Shown here in pieces: positions 28,133 to 37,088 of a stretch of 47,657 nucleotides of DNA. A program made the position numbers and the translations under genes. Under the pieces are notes generated by a model. It was not told where the DNA came from and did no database searches. It saw only the letters and a program-made list of their open reading frames with translations. Numbering within the stretch: the stretch's first letter is position 1; each line of letters opens with the position of its first letter. The stretch lies in IMG/VR virus record IMGVR_UViG_3300049828_000290, positions 1-47,657 of that record; one strand, written 5' to 3'. The stretch is from a virus (lineage: Duplodnaviria; Caudoviricetes).

Positions 28133-29637
28133 TGGAACATGTAGCATTACCCATTGACGATTTCATGGGACTATATGACCAGGGGGATGATGAACAAGTC
28201 CCTATGGACCATTTTACTGATTGCAATAATATTGAATTTTTTGGTATTGGTGCAATTAGAACGCGACCAGGTGTAGCTAGAAGTCAAAATGTAGTTACTC
28301 CGCTTGGAAATGTAGTGCGTATTTATAACTATATTACGCAGGATAAAAATACCTTACTTGCATTAACTTATGATGGAACCACTGGTAATCTCTATCATGT
28401 GGTAGATTCAACCACTGTATTTGGTCCCATTCTTACTCTCGCTGGAATGAGTGATTTCGCGTTTGCACCATACGCGGGTCGGGCTTATATTAGTCCCTTT
28501 GGGACTTTTACTACTGGTGGTATTCCTATTGAAAAAGGATTATCTACCCGAAAGTTATATGTTTATTTAGGAACTGGTTCTGCTGCTAGAGAAGCGGGTG
28601 TTCCTACACCTACGGGAACAGTAACAGTTGCTAATGGTGCTGCTGGTAATACAGACCCTGGATTACATTTATTCGGTGTAGTATTTGAAAGTGATACAGG
28701 TGCATTAAGTGCTCCAGCAGCATTTCAAACTTTTACAACTGGTGCTGCTCTTTCTGTTTCATTTTCTACTATTCCAGTTAGTGGAAGTTCATCCATTGTT
28801 AAACGACATATTGTAGCAACTAAAGTAATTACTGGATACACAGGTAACACTACTGGTTATACGTATTACTTTATTCCGGGTGCTACAATTAATGATAACG
28901 TTACAACAACACTTAATAATATTTCTTTCTTTGACGCAGATTTATTAAGTGATGCAAGTCATTTATTAGATAATTTTGAAACAGTTCCAGCGGGAGCTGT
29001 ATTATTTTTCTATCATAATCGACTTGTAATTGCAACTACTTTTACTGATATCAGTATTGCATATGTAAGTTCAGCCGGCGAACCAGAAGCCTTTAATCAG
29101 ATTGATGGACTAATTGTTGTTCCATTAGATGGAAATCCGATTACAAATGGAGCTGAATTACGTGACGTCATGTATTTGATGAAGCGTAATCGAACTGTTT
29201 CTTATGTTGATAATGATGATATTCCCGCCACTTGGCCCTTATCAACTGTTGACCAATCATTAGGAACTAGTGTTCATGGAATTGCTACTGTTATCGATTC
29301 CGGTAGTTCTACTGTTGATTATCTTATCGTGGCCACGCAAAGAGGAATCGTCGTCTTCAATGGACGATACGCGCTTCCGGAATTAAGTTGGAAAATTAGT
29401 AATTTCTGGATTAGTCAAGATAAGACACTCTTTCGTTATGTTCAAATTGTTAATGATGCAATAAATCAAATACTTTATATTACACTTCCAGATAGAAGAT
29501 TACTTGTTGGTGATTACTCAGATGGATTAGACCCACAAAATATTCGATGGACACCTTGGTTATTTAACTTTAAGGTTAATGCTGTTGCATTAGTTAACAT
29601 TAATGATGTAATTATTGCATCAGAAGGTGGGTTATAA
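28132..29637 (+). CDS. Tail nozzle / stabilisation protein (beta-propeller)
   Basis: FMGL...CNNIEF..GAIRTRPG start, YHNRLVIA, YVSSAGEPEAF. Confidence 0.7.
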   Translation: MEHVALPIDDFMGLYDQGDDEQVPMDHFTDCNNIEFFGIGAIRTRPGVARSQNVVTPLGNVVRIYNYITQDKNTLLALTYDGTTGNLYHVVDSTTVFGPILTLAGMSDFAFAPYAGRAYISPFGTFTTGGIPIEKGLSTRKLYVYLGTGSAAREAGVPTPTGTVTVANGAAGNTDPGLHLFGVVFESDTGALSAPAAFQTFTTGAALSVSFSTIPVSGSSSIVKRHIVATKVITGYTGNTTGYTYYFIPGATINDNVTTTLNNISFFDADLLSDASHLLDNFETVPAGAVLFFYHNRLVIATTFTDISIAYVSSAGEPEAFNQIDGLIVVPLDGNPITNGAELRDVMYLMKRNRTVSYVDNDDIPATWPLSTVDQSLGTSVHGIATVIDSGSSTVDYLIVATQRGIVVFNGRYALPELSWKISNFWISQDKTLFRYVQIVNDAINQILYITLPDRRLLVGDYSDGLDPQNIRWTPWLFNFKVNAVALVNINDVIIASEGGL

Positions 29638-30035
29638 TGTCATTAGTAATACCAAATGTCGGGGAAGAAATTGCTCTTGATAAATATTTAAATGATGAAA
29701 ATCTTACATTAAAATTATTTAGTAATAATATAGTTCCAGGAGAGGGTGATACTGCTGCCAGTTATACAGAAGTAGCTGGAGGTGGATACGCGTCCAAAAC
29801 ATTAGTTGCAGGAAGCTGGACAATTACTCCTGGAGATCCTAGTTTTGGATTATATTTAATTCAAATCTTCGGATTTACTGGTCCAACAAACGCTCCTGGA
29901 ACTATTTATGGTTATTTTGTTGTAGATGCTTCTAACGTTCTTCGTTGGGCTGAAAGATTACCAGCGGCTAATGTTCCTTTTACACCTATTGCTGGCTCGT
30001 CTATTCGTATAACTCCACGATTCGAGTGCTCCTAA
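29637..30035 (+). CDS. Tail/fibre-associated protein
   Basis: LKLFSN...TEVAGGGYA...TIYGYFV motif typical of phage tail proteins. Confidence 0.65.
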   Translation: MSLVIPNVGEEIALDKYLNDENLTLKLFSNNIVPGEGDTAASYTEVAGGGYASKTLVAGSWTITPGDPSFGLYLIQIFGFTGPTNAPGTIYGYFVVDASNVLRWAERLPAANVPFTPIAGSSIRITPRFECS

Positions 30036-30036
30036 T

Positions 30037-31122
30037 ATGGCTAAAAGAATTAGAATTATAACTACTGCTATTGATTTTGGTGGTATTGGTTGGACATTAG
30101 ATGGATTACCTAATCCTGGAGTTCCAGCAGGTTATTATATTATTAGGGGAGATGGAGTTGCCCCAAGAGCCGCAACTGTTACTATTACTGGAAATCAAAA
30201 TATTCAGTTATATGATGATTCTGATATTTATATTGGAACATTTACAATTGCAGATTTACCAGCAGGATTTCAAGTAAATAGTATTGCACAACCTTTAGGA
30301 AATGGTATTCCTGCAGGAAATGCTAGTGGTGGATTAACAACTTATCCTATTTTAGTAGCTGGGGGTTCAGTTATTAATTCGTGGGATGCTGGTGCTTTAG
30401 GTATTTCTAATGCTGGATTTGTGTATGTTCCAGCTACAATGTCATATCCTTTTGCATCAGGTATTTGGATTTTTAATGCTGCAATTACAGTTGCACTTTC
30501 AACATCTGCAACAGGACTTATTGCATCACAAACTTATAATTCATTAAGTGCATTACAACCACAAATTCAGAAACCGGCTGGAATAAATGCAGACGTTCCC
30601 TTAATGATGTATGAGGGAATATGGACTGCTGATGAATCTCTTTGTCCAGTAATTGACCCGTTACCCACTCTTCAAATTGATGACCCTGTTACGGGTGAAT
30701 TTTCTTGGACTTTACCATCTGGAACGGGTGGAGTAGTTATAACTCTTTCACGCACTGGATTTGATGATGTAGTAGTGAGCGTTCTTTCTCCCACTCTTAA
30801 TTATCTTCCAGTTAATATGTTTGGAACAGTAAACGTATCAATTAAGCCTCTTTCTACTTTTCCAATTTGTTATGGGCCAGCCAGCACATTAGTTCTTTCT
30901 ATTATTACTCCACTTGATTATATAATGGGAACTGATGGAATTGGTTCAGGCATGGATTTAGGTGGGGCTGCTATTATTCAAGCAATTGGTAATCCTTCTG
31001 GAATTTATACATTAGTTTCGGGCCAGGCTTACGATACTCTTTATGAGCGAATTCCAGTAGTTTCTAGTCAGGATGTTAAGATTCCTGACCCTTTTATTAA
31101 AACTGCTTTTGTCGGAGAATAA
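30037..31122 (+). CDS. Putative tail protein
   Basis: 361 aa, Gly/Thr/Ile-rich. Confidence 0.6.
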   Translation: MAKRIRIITTAIDFGGIGWTLDGLPNPGVPAGYYIIRGDGVAPRAATVTITGNQNIQLYDDSDIYIGTFTIADLPAGFQVNSIAQPLGNGIPAGNASGGLTTYPILVAGGSVINSWDAGALGISNAGFVYVPATMSYPFASGIWIFNAAITVALSTSATGLIASQTYNSLSALQPQIQKPAGINADVPLMMYEGIWTADESLCPVIDPLPTLQIDDPVTGEFSWTLPSGTGGVVITLSRTGFDDVVVSVLSPTLNYLPVNMFGTVNVSIKPLSTFPICYGPASTLVLSIITPLDYIMGTDGIGSGMDLGGAAIIQAIGNPSGIYTLVSGQAYDTLYERIPVVSSQDVKIPDPFIKTAFVGE

Positions 31123-31123
31123 T

Positions 31124-31405
31124 ATGCCAGGCGGCCAATATATTAATCATTTCGGCCAAGTGCGCATGAGACTTCTTGGCAGCGGAGTAATGTCGGCTAA
31201 ATTAATTTCTCTAAGCGAATCTGAGGAAACTAATTTAGCTGACACTACTATGCAGTTAACCTCAGTTAGATATGTAAATTTACATGCTAATTTTGAGCAA
31301 CAGAAAGCTCAGTTAGAATTAAAAACTACTGAGTTTGGTGCTACTTTTCAACTTCGTCAGATTATTTTTTATTTGAAACCAGTTGGCACTAATTATCCAC
31401 AGTAA
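31124..31405 (+). CDS. Small beta-sandwich tail protein (resembles a nozzle C-terminal domain)
   Basis: GGAG RBS before MPGGQ; alternating beta pattern. Confidence 0.55.
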   Translation: MPGGQYINHFGQVRMRLLGSGVMSAKLISLSESEETNLADTTMQLTSVRYVNLHANFEQQKAQLELKTTEFGATFQLRQIIFYLKPVGTNYPQ

Positions 31406-31410
31406 CTGTT

Positions 31411-32769
31411 ATGGCTAATAATAAACTTGCCAATCTCAAATCACAGTTACAGACAAGTGGTTTAAGCAGAACAGACCAACCTCTTTTTCAGGTTATAAAT
31501 CAACTTATTCAATTTTTACAAGATTTAGGAGTTGAAGTAGATACTGTAGCTGCTACTGCTAGTAGTGGTGGGAGTCCTTTAGCAATTACTGGATTAACTA
31601 CTGATGTAATAGCTACTGGACCTGGTAATGTTGTTGCTACAATTCAACCCGCAGCAGTTACTTATGCTAAAATTCAAAATGTAACTGCACTTCGTTTAGT
31701 TGGTAATCCTAGTAGTCCTGCTGGAGTAATGGTAGAGATTCCATTAGGAGATAATTTAGCATTTGTTGATGGTGCATTAGTTGTTCAAATTGAACCTGGA
31801 ACTGATGGATTATTTCATCGATTATTAAGTTTAACTCATCTTGATACAGTTCCTGCAACACCCATATTAGGTGATTTAATTTATGCAACAGCTGGTCCTA
31901 CTATTACTGGTGAATATTACGGGTTCATTTTAAATGCGCGCGTTGTAGAGAATTTTGTAGGAATCCGTGCGGGTTATATGTCGGGATATCATGGTAATTA
32001 TACCCCTACAAATTCAATGGGTTATGCGCCGCCTGAATTAGCATTTATTCCAGTTACTCCACCTAATTCATTATTATCAATTGATTATACTGATTTCTTT
32101 CTTCTTGCACGACTTGTAGAGAATTTCACTGGATTGCGCGTTGGTTATCAAGTTATTACAAGTGATTTTGTAATTGGAAATAATTACGCGTATTATCCAC
32201 CTGAATTAGCATTTATTGCACCTCCTAATCCGATTAATCCGTCAAATAGTCCATTATGGACTAGGCGTGCAATTGGAACTACTGGTCAAGTTCTTACTGT
32301 TACTAGTGGATTGCCTCAATGGCAAGATTTACCACCAATTCCGGATGAACCAGAATATCCTTGGCAAGACATTACATTTGCTGCTGGTGATTTTACTGCT
32401 GCTGGTGGAACTACACCTACATGGACAGTAGCTTTAGGTGATGTTGCAAGATGGCAATATCAACAATTTCCTGGAACTGTTGGTGTAGGAAATAATGTTC
32501 GTATTGCATTATATGTAAAAACTACTTCTGTTGGTGGAACGGCTCCAACAAAATTACAAATTACAATTCCCTTTAATATTATTGGGGAATTCGCGCAATT
32601 TATTAGCATCCGAGAAAATTCAGCTTCGGTTACTAATACCTATATTTATTATGATGATAGTATTTCTACTAATACTTTATATATTGAAAAAATTGGTGGC
32701 GGTGTATTTGATACTACAGCCAATGAAACTTATTTAAGTTTCGAAATTTCAGCAACATTAGCTCCTTAG
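31411..32769 (+). CDS. Tail fibre protein with internal duplication
   Basis: AVTYAKIQNV, GDLIYA, IGTTGQVLTV..GLPQW fibre motifs. Confidence 0.75.
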   Translation: MANNKLANLKSQLQTSGLSRTDQPLFQVINQLIQFLQDLGVEVDTVAATASSGGSPLAITGLTTDVIATGPGNVVATIQPAAVTYAKIQNVTALRLVGNPSSPAGVMVEIPLGDNLAFVDGALVVQIEPGTDGLFHRLLSLTHLDTVPATPILGDLIYATAGPTITGEYYGFILNARVVENFVGIRAGYMSGYHGNYTPTNSMGYAPPELAFIPVTPPNSLLSIDYTDFFLLARLVENFTGLRVGYQVITSDFVIGNNYAYYPPELAFIAPPNPINPSNSPLWTRRAIGTTGQVLTVTSGLPQWQDLPPIPDEPEYPWQDITFAAGDFTAAGGTTPTWTVALGDVARWQYQQFPGTVGVGNNVRIALYVKTTSVGGTAPTKLQITIPFNIIGEFAQFISIRENSASVTNTYIYYDDSISTNTLYIEKIGGGVFDTTANETYLSFEISATLAP

Positions 32770-32776
32770 GTGAAAA

Positions 32777-33664
32777 ATGGCGTCATTTACTGCAACTCCA
32801 GCGCAATGGACTAATTCTTCTGATGCAAATTTTCGCTTATGGGGAGATTATATTTCAAATCAAATGGCCGCAGTTGGATTAGTTCAAACTGCTGATACTG
32901 GTCAAATTGATTGGGTTACTGTTCTTACTCCTGCGGGTATTAATACTTTCCAGGGGTATGAAATCTGGAGATTTAATGATACATTACAGGCTACTGCTCC
33001 AGTTTATATTAAAATTGAATATGGTGAAAGTTCTAGTGTTGATTCACCATGTATTAGAGTTCAATTTGGTTCTGGCTCTAATGGTGCTGGAACATTAACT
33101 GGAAATTTATCAACTACTTATCTTGCAGCATGCGCGACTGTAGCTGGAGCATGTTCTGTAATTGGTTCAGGTTCTACTAATCGTTTTTGTATGATTGGTG
33201 GATTTACTACTGCTGGTGGTTATGGAATGTTCTTTGGGTTTGAACGTTCTAAAGATGCATCAGGTAATGATACAAGTGAAGCAGTATTAGCAGTATTTAA
33301 TAACACAGCAGCCGGAACTGCTACATCTACTAAGTTCTTTCCGGTGTGGTCTACTACTCTTGGAGATATTGGACCTACTACAGTTATTACTGCACCAGCA
33401 TTATTTCCCCCGGGTGCAACAGCAGCTAGTGGAAGTCAAGTAATTGTAGCTCCAATACTTCATTCTAAGGGAATTTTTATGAATCCTGGAATGAATTTTG
33501 CTGGATATTTCACAGAAAATATTGCAATTAATGGAACTCCATCTGTTTATGTATATGGAGTTAGTCGGACGTATTATTCATTACCAGGCACAAGTGGTAT
33601 TACTACTACTGGTTGGCAGGGGCCTGGTGGTGGAACAGAAGCTCTATTAATTAGATATGAATAA
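32777..33664 (+). CDS. Virion structural protein (tail-associated)
   Basis: DTGQIDW...YEIWRFND..Q.TAPVYIKIEYG. Confidence 0.65.
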   Translation: MASFTATPAQWTNSSDANFRLWGDYISNQMAAVGLVQTADTGQIDWVTVLTPAGINTFQGYEIWRFNDTLQATAPVYIKIEYGESSSVDSPCIRVQFGSGSNGAGTLTGNLSTTYLAACATVAGACSVIGSGSTNRFCMIGGFTTAGGYGMFFGFERSKDASGNDTSEAVLAVFNNTAAGTATSTKFFPVWSTTLGDIGPTTVITAPALFPPGATAASGSQVIVAPILHSKGIFMNPGMNFAGYFTENIAINGTPSVYVYGVSRTYYSLPGTSGITTTGWQGPGGGTEALLIRYE

Positions 33665-33670
33665 GGATTA

Positions 33671-35152
33671 TTGATAATGCCAATTCCACCAACTCATGTA
33701 GGGGATAATGAGATTCATTCTCTTTATAAAGAATGCTATCCCATTATTGATGCTAATGAAACTAATGTTGATTTCAAACATTTAGCTTGGTCACATCTTT
33801 GTTCTTTTTTAGGCCAAGCTATGCAACGTTATTTCGATAGAGAACCATCTTATCGAATTGCATGGGCGCAATATGAAACTGGTCAAAAATTAGTTGAATG
33901 GTATAATACAACTAATCCATATCCAAAACCTGAATCTTTTAATCCCGTTAATTCGCTTAAAGGCATCGTCCGAATTAACGAAAATACTTGGGAAGATGCT
34001 ACTGGACCTGTATATCCATTAGGATTACATACTGGTGATTTATTTCTTTGCCAAACTGAAGGTAAAGATATTACACCAATTCTTGATTTAGCCGCTGAAT
34101 ATGGTTATCACTTTACTCGGCAGTGGATAACATTGATGTGGTTTAAACAAGGTAATTCATTTTGGGGTAATAGAGGCTGCTCACCGGCAGTAACTGAAAA
34201 TTATTATAATTGGATTAGAAAAAATATTGAAATGCACATTGAGCGTGGGCTTAAGATGCATTTATCAATGGGGGATTTGAATGGTGTTAGTTATCAAGAT
34301 TTAGTCAGTTTATATACTAATGTTGCTAATCTTATTTATGAATATGGCCAAGAATATTTTATTTTTCCCGGTGAAGTAAATGAAAGTAGAGATACTTTTA
34401 TTGGTGCTAGCGCGGCTGATATCAAAAGTTTAGTTGATATTATTAGACGAAAAAATCCAGATATCGAATATGCACTCACTTCATATTCTGGTTATGTAGA
34501 TATTCTTAAAGCAGAGGAATATACTGCTAACTTCCAGCGTGGTTATTACAAACATGGCTACCGTGATGGGCGATATTGGGATAAAATTCGTCACTATAAT
34601 AATGATGGCTATGAATATTATTCTCAAATACGTGTAGTTGGCGCAGACCATGAACCTGTTGGTGTTGGTAAATGGGTATCTGTAACTGCTAATAAAGAAG
34701 AACTTAATGCTTCTGCAATGGGATTAATTGCTGCTGCATCTTGTATTACACGGCAAAGTTTTACTTATCTTTGTTCACCCGGTATTAAATGGGATGAAGA
34801 TTTTTTAAATATGCCAGGTTTTACTACAGTTCCCCAATTAATTGCAATGCTTCCAAAAGGGCTCTGTAATGGAACTTTGCATCATTCTGGAACTACCTGG
34901 AGAAATACTCGTGTATTTGAAGCTGTTGGTGAATTTAGAGTAGATGGTTCTATTCGCTCTGATGGTCTTTTTGGATATGTTGCTTATGGTCCCGGTGATA
35001 GGATTAAGTTACCGGTGAATCGCTCTTTTGATGGTATGCTTATTAATCCCAGTACTTTAGAAGTAACTTCTATTTCAGGTGAAGCAGGTAATTTTTTACC
35101 TGAATTAGGTTATGACAAAGGGTTTATTCTTACTGGAATGGTAAGGGGTTAA
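33671..35152 (+). CDS. Glycoside-hydrolase-like TIM-barrel protein, possibly virion-associated
   Basis: GEVNE and ADHEP glutamate motifs resembling clan GH-A; aromatic-rich. Confidence 0.5.
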   Translation: MIMPIPPTHVGDNEIHSLYKECYPIIDANETNVDFKHLAWSHLCSFLGQAMQRYFDREPSYRIAWAQYETGQKLVEWYNTTNPYPKPESFNPVNSLKGIVRINENTWEDATGPVYPLGLHTGDLFLCQTEGKDITPILDLAAEYGYHFTRQWITLMWFKQGNSFWGNRGCSPAVTENYYNWIRKNIEMHIERGLKMHLSMGDLNGVSYQDLVSLYTNVANLIYEYGQEYFIFPGEVNESRDTFIGASAADIKSLVDIIRRKNPDIEYALTSYSGYVDILKAEEYTANFQRGYYKHGYRDGRYWDKIRHYNNDGYEYYSQIRVVGADHEPVGVGKWVSVTANKEELNASAMGLIAAASCITRQSFTYLCSPGIKWDEDFLNMPGFTTVPQLIAMLPKGLCNGTLHHSGTTWRNTRVFEAVGEFRVDGSIRSDGLFGYVAYGPGDRIKLPVNRSFDGMLINPSTLEVTSISGEAGNFLPELGYDKGFILTGMVRG

Positions 35153-35154
35153 TA

Positions 35155-36042
35155 ATGGCATTAAGTGCTGGATATACTCCAGGTGGTGCATTAGGAAATC
35201 GAAAGAGGTATAATCCTTGGGGAAGTAATGAACCTGAGGCAGATACTTCTAATACAATGAATGCTTATCGTTCTTCTATCCCTACACAGGGTGCAAATTA
35301 CGATGAGATTATGCAAGGTTATCGGAATGTTCTTGGTCAGGGTAGCGGAGAATCCGATGATTTAATGAGCCGGTATAAGTCTCTCCTAGAAGGAATGGGA
35401 GATTATACTGATATTGGTTATCAGGAATCTGGTGAGCAAAAAGAAGCATTTAAAAAGCTTCGTGAGCTTTCCGAAACTGGTGGATTAAATGAAGCAGAAC
35501 GGGGTGATTTACGTGCTCGTGGCATTTCTCCTATTCGCGCAGTCTATGCGAATATGGAACGCGAGATGGGGCGTAATCGTTCTTTAAGTGGTGGTTATTC
35601 TCCATCATATAATGCTACCGCAGCGCGTATGGCCCGAGAGGGTTCTGAAAGTATTGCCGGTGCTACAACTAATGTTAATGCTAAGATTGCTGAAATGGTG
35701 CAGCAGGGTAAATTAACGGCTGCTCCGCAATTTGCAAATTTAGCTAATAGCAAAACACAGGGAATGAATCAGGCTACGCAAGCCAATGCGCGAAATAAAA
35801 TTGATTTTAGCGCAAATAAAGGTAACTTACTTGAAGGTATGTCTAGAGTAAGTAATGCTAAATCGCGTGCGCCATTAGAAGCATTACAGGGTATGACTTC
35901 TCTTTATGGCACTACGCCTGCTCTTGTAAATACTTTTGGTAATCAGGTTGCTAATCAAAGTGGACAGACCCAAAATGCTGTTCAGAATAAACAGCGTTAC
36001 AAGACTAATATTGTTAGTTCTATGGGTAGGCGGAGGGGATAA
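35155..36042 (+). CDS. Internal virion / DNA ejection protein
   Basis: Helical, Gly/Gln/Asn/Met-rich; position. Confidence 0.6.
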   Translation: MALSAGYTPGGALGNRKRYNPWGSNEPEADTSNTMNAYRSSIPTQGANYDEIMQGYRNVLGQGSGESDDLMSRYKSLLEGMGDYTDIGYQESGEQKEAFKKLRELSETGGLNEAERGDLRARGISPIRAVYANMEREMGRNRSLSGGYSPSYNATAARMAREGSESIAGATTNVNAKIAEMVQQGKLTAAPQFANLANSKTQGMNQATQANARNKIDFSANKGNLLEGMSRVSNAKSRAPLEALQGMTSLYGTTPALVNTFGNQVANQSGQTQNAVQNKQRYKTNIVSSMGRRRG

Positions 36043-37088
36043 TGGCTATTACTTCATTTATGGAAAACCTCCGCAAACCAAAATCATTAGGACGTTGGGC
36101 ACCTACTGGTGAAATTCGCGCTGGAGAATCTGACCCTTATCTTTGGGCTAAGGATTTAGTAGAGCGAGATAATGAATCAGAAGATATGGCTCCAATGCGA
36201 CGCGGAAATATGGGTCGTGTAGGCGCGCGTATGTCTAATCCTGATTGGATGGATACTGTAACTAATTTAAATTCTGCTCCTAAAATGGATGTTGTTTATA
36301 ATCAGCAGCCTGAAATGTTCGATAAGCAATTAAAGTTTCAAAAAGACCAAGCTGCTCAGAGACAAAAAAATATTGAATCTGACCGCATTGTTGATGCAAT
36401 GGCTGCTAATGATGAATACATTGATAAGCGTCGCCAGAATGAAATGCGTCAGAAGCAAGTTGAAACTCAAGATTGGGCTGCTCGTAATCTTAAACCCGGA
36501 GAAATGGGCGATAGAGAAAGAATGCAGGCTGATTTTAATCAGCGACATGCTTTAGAAACTGCTAAGTCTATTAATGATTGGGTTAAGCAGCGGGAGGCTA
36601 GTGCAGGAGCTGAAAGAGTTGCAAATATTCGTGGAGAATCAGCGGGTGAAACTGCTGCTACTCGTGCGGCAGCATCTACTGAAGCTGCAAATATTCGTGC
36701 TGCTGCAATGGAAGAAGCTGCTAGAATTCGAGCGGCAGCTAGCGGTGGAGAAGCTATTGAAGCTCCAGTTGCTCCTACTGAACGTGAAATTTTTGAGAAA
36801 AATAAAACTGAATTAGAATCTCTTATTAATGCTCCTGATGCGGTTCGTCTTCCACAGGCTAGAAAAACATTTGGAGCTAGTAATGTTCCCTTAGTTGCTG
36901 GAGTTGGTAGTGCAGCATTAGGTGGACAACCTAGTAGTCCTGGTCTTAGAGGTAATGCTCCTATTGATGCTAATGCTACTACTAGACCTGGTAGTCCATT
37001 AATGCGTAAGACTCAGCGTAATGCTAAAACAGGTGCTACTAGGACTCTAGTTTCTAGAGATGGTGGTAAGACATGGCAGCCAGAATAA
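36042..37088 (+). CDS. Internal virion / DNA ejection protein
   Basis: Helical with AxNIR repeats; position. Confidence 0.6.
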   Translation: MAITSFMENLRKPKSLGRWAPTGEIRAGESDPYLWAKDLVERDNESEDMAPMRRGNMGRVGARMSNPDWMDTVTNLNSAPKMDVVYNQQPEMFDKQLKFQKDQAAQRQKNIESDRIVDAMAANDEYIDKRRQNEMRQKQVETQDWAARNLKPGEMGDRERMQADFNQRHALETAKSINDWVKQREASAGAERVANIRGESAGETAATRAAASTEAANIRAAAMEEAARIRAAASGGEAIEAPVAPTEREIFEKNKTELESLINAPDAVRLPQARKTFGASNVPLVAGVGSAALGGQPSSPGLRGNAPIDANATTRPGSPLMRKTQRNAKTGATRTLVSRDGGKTWQPE

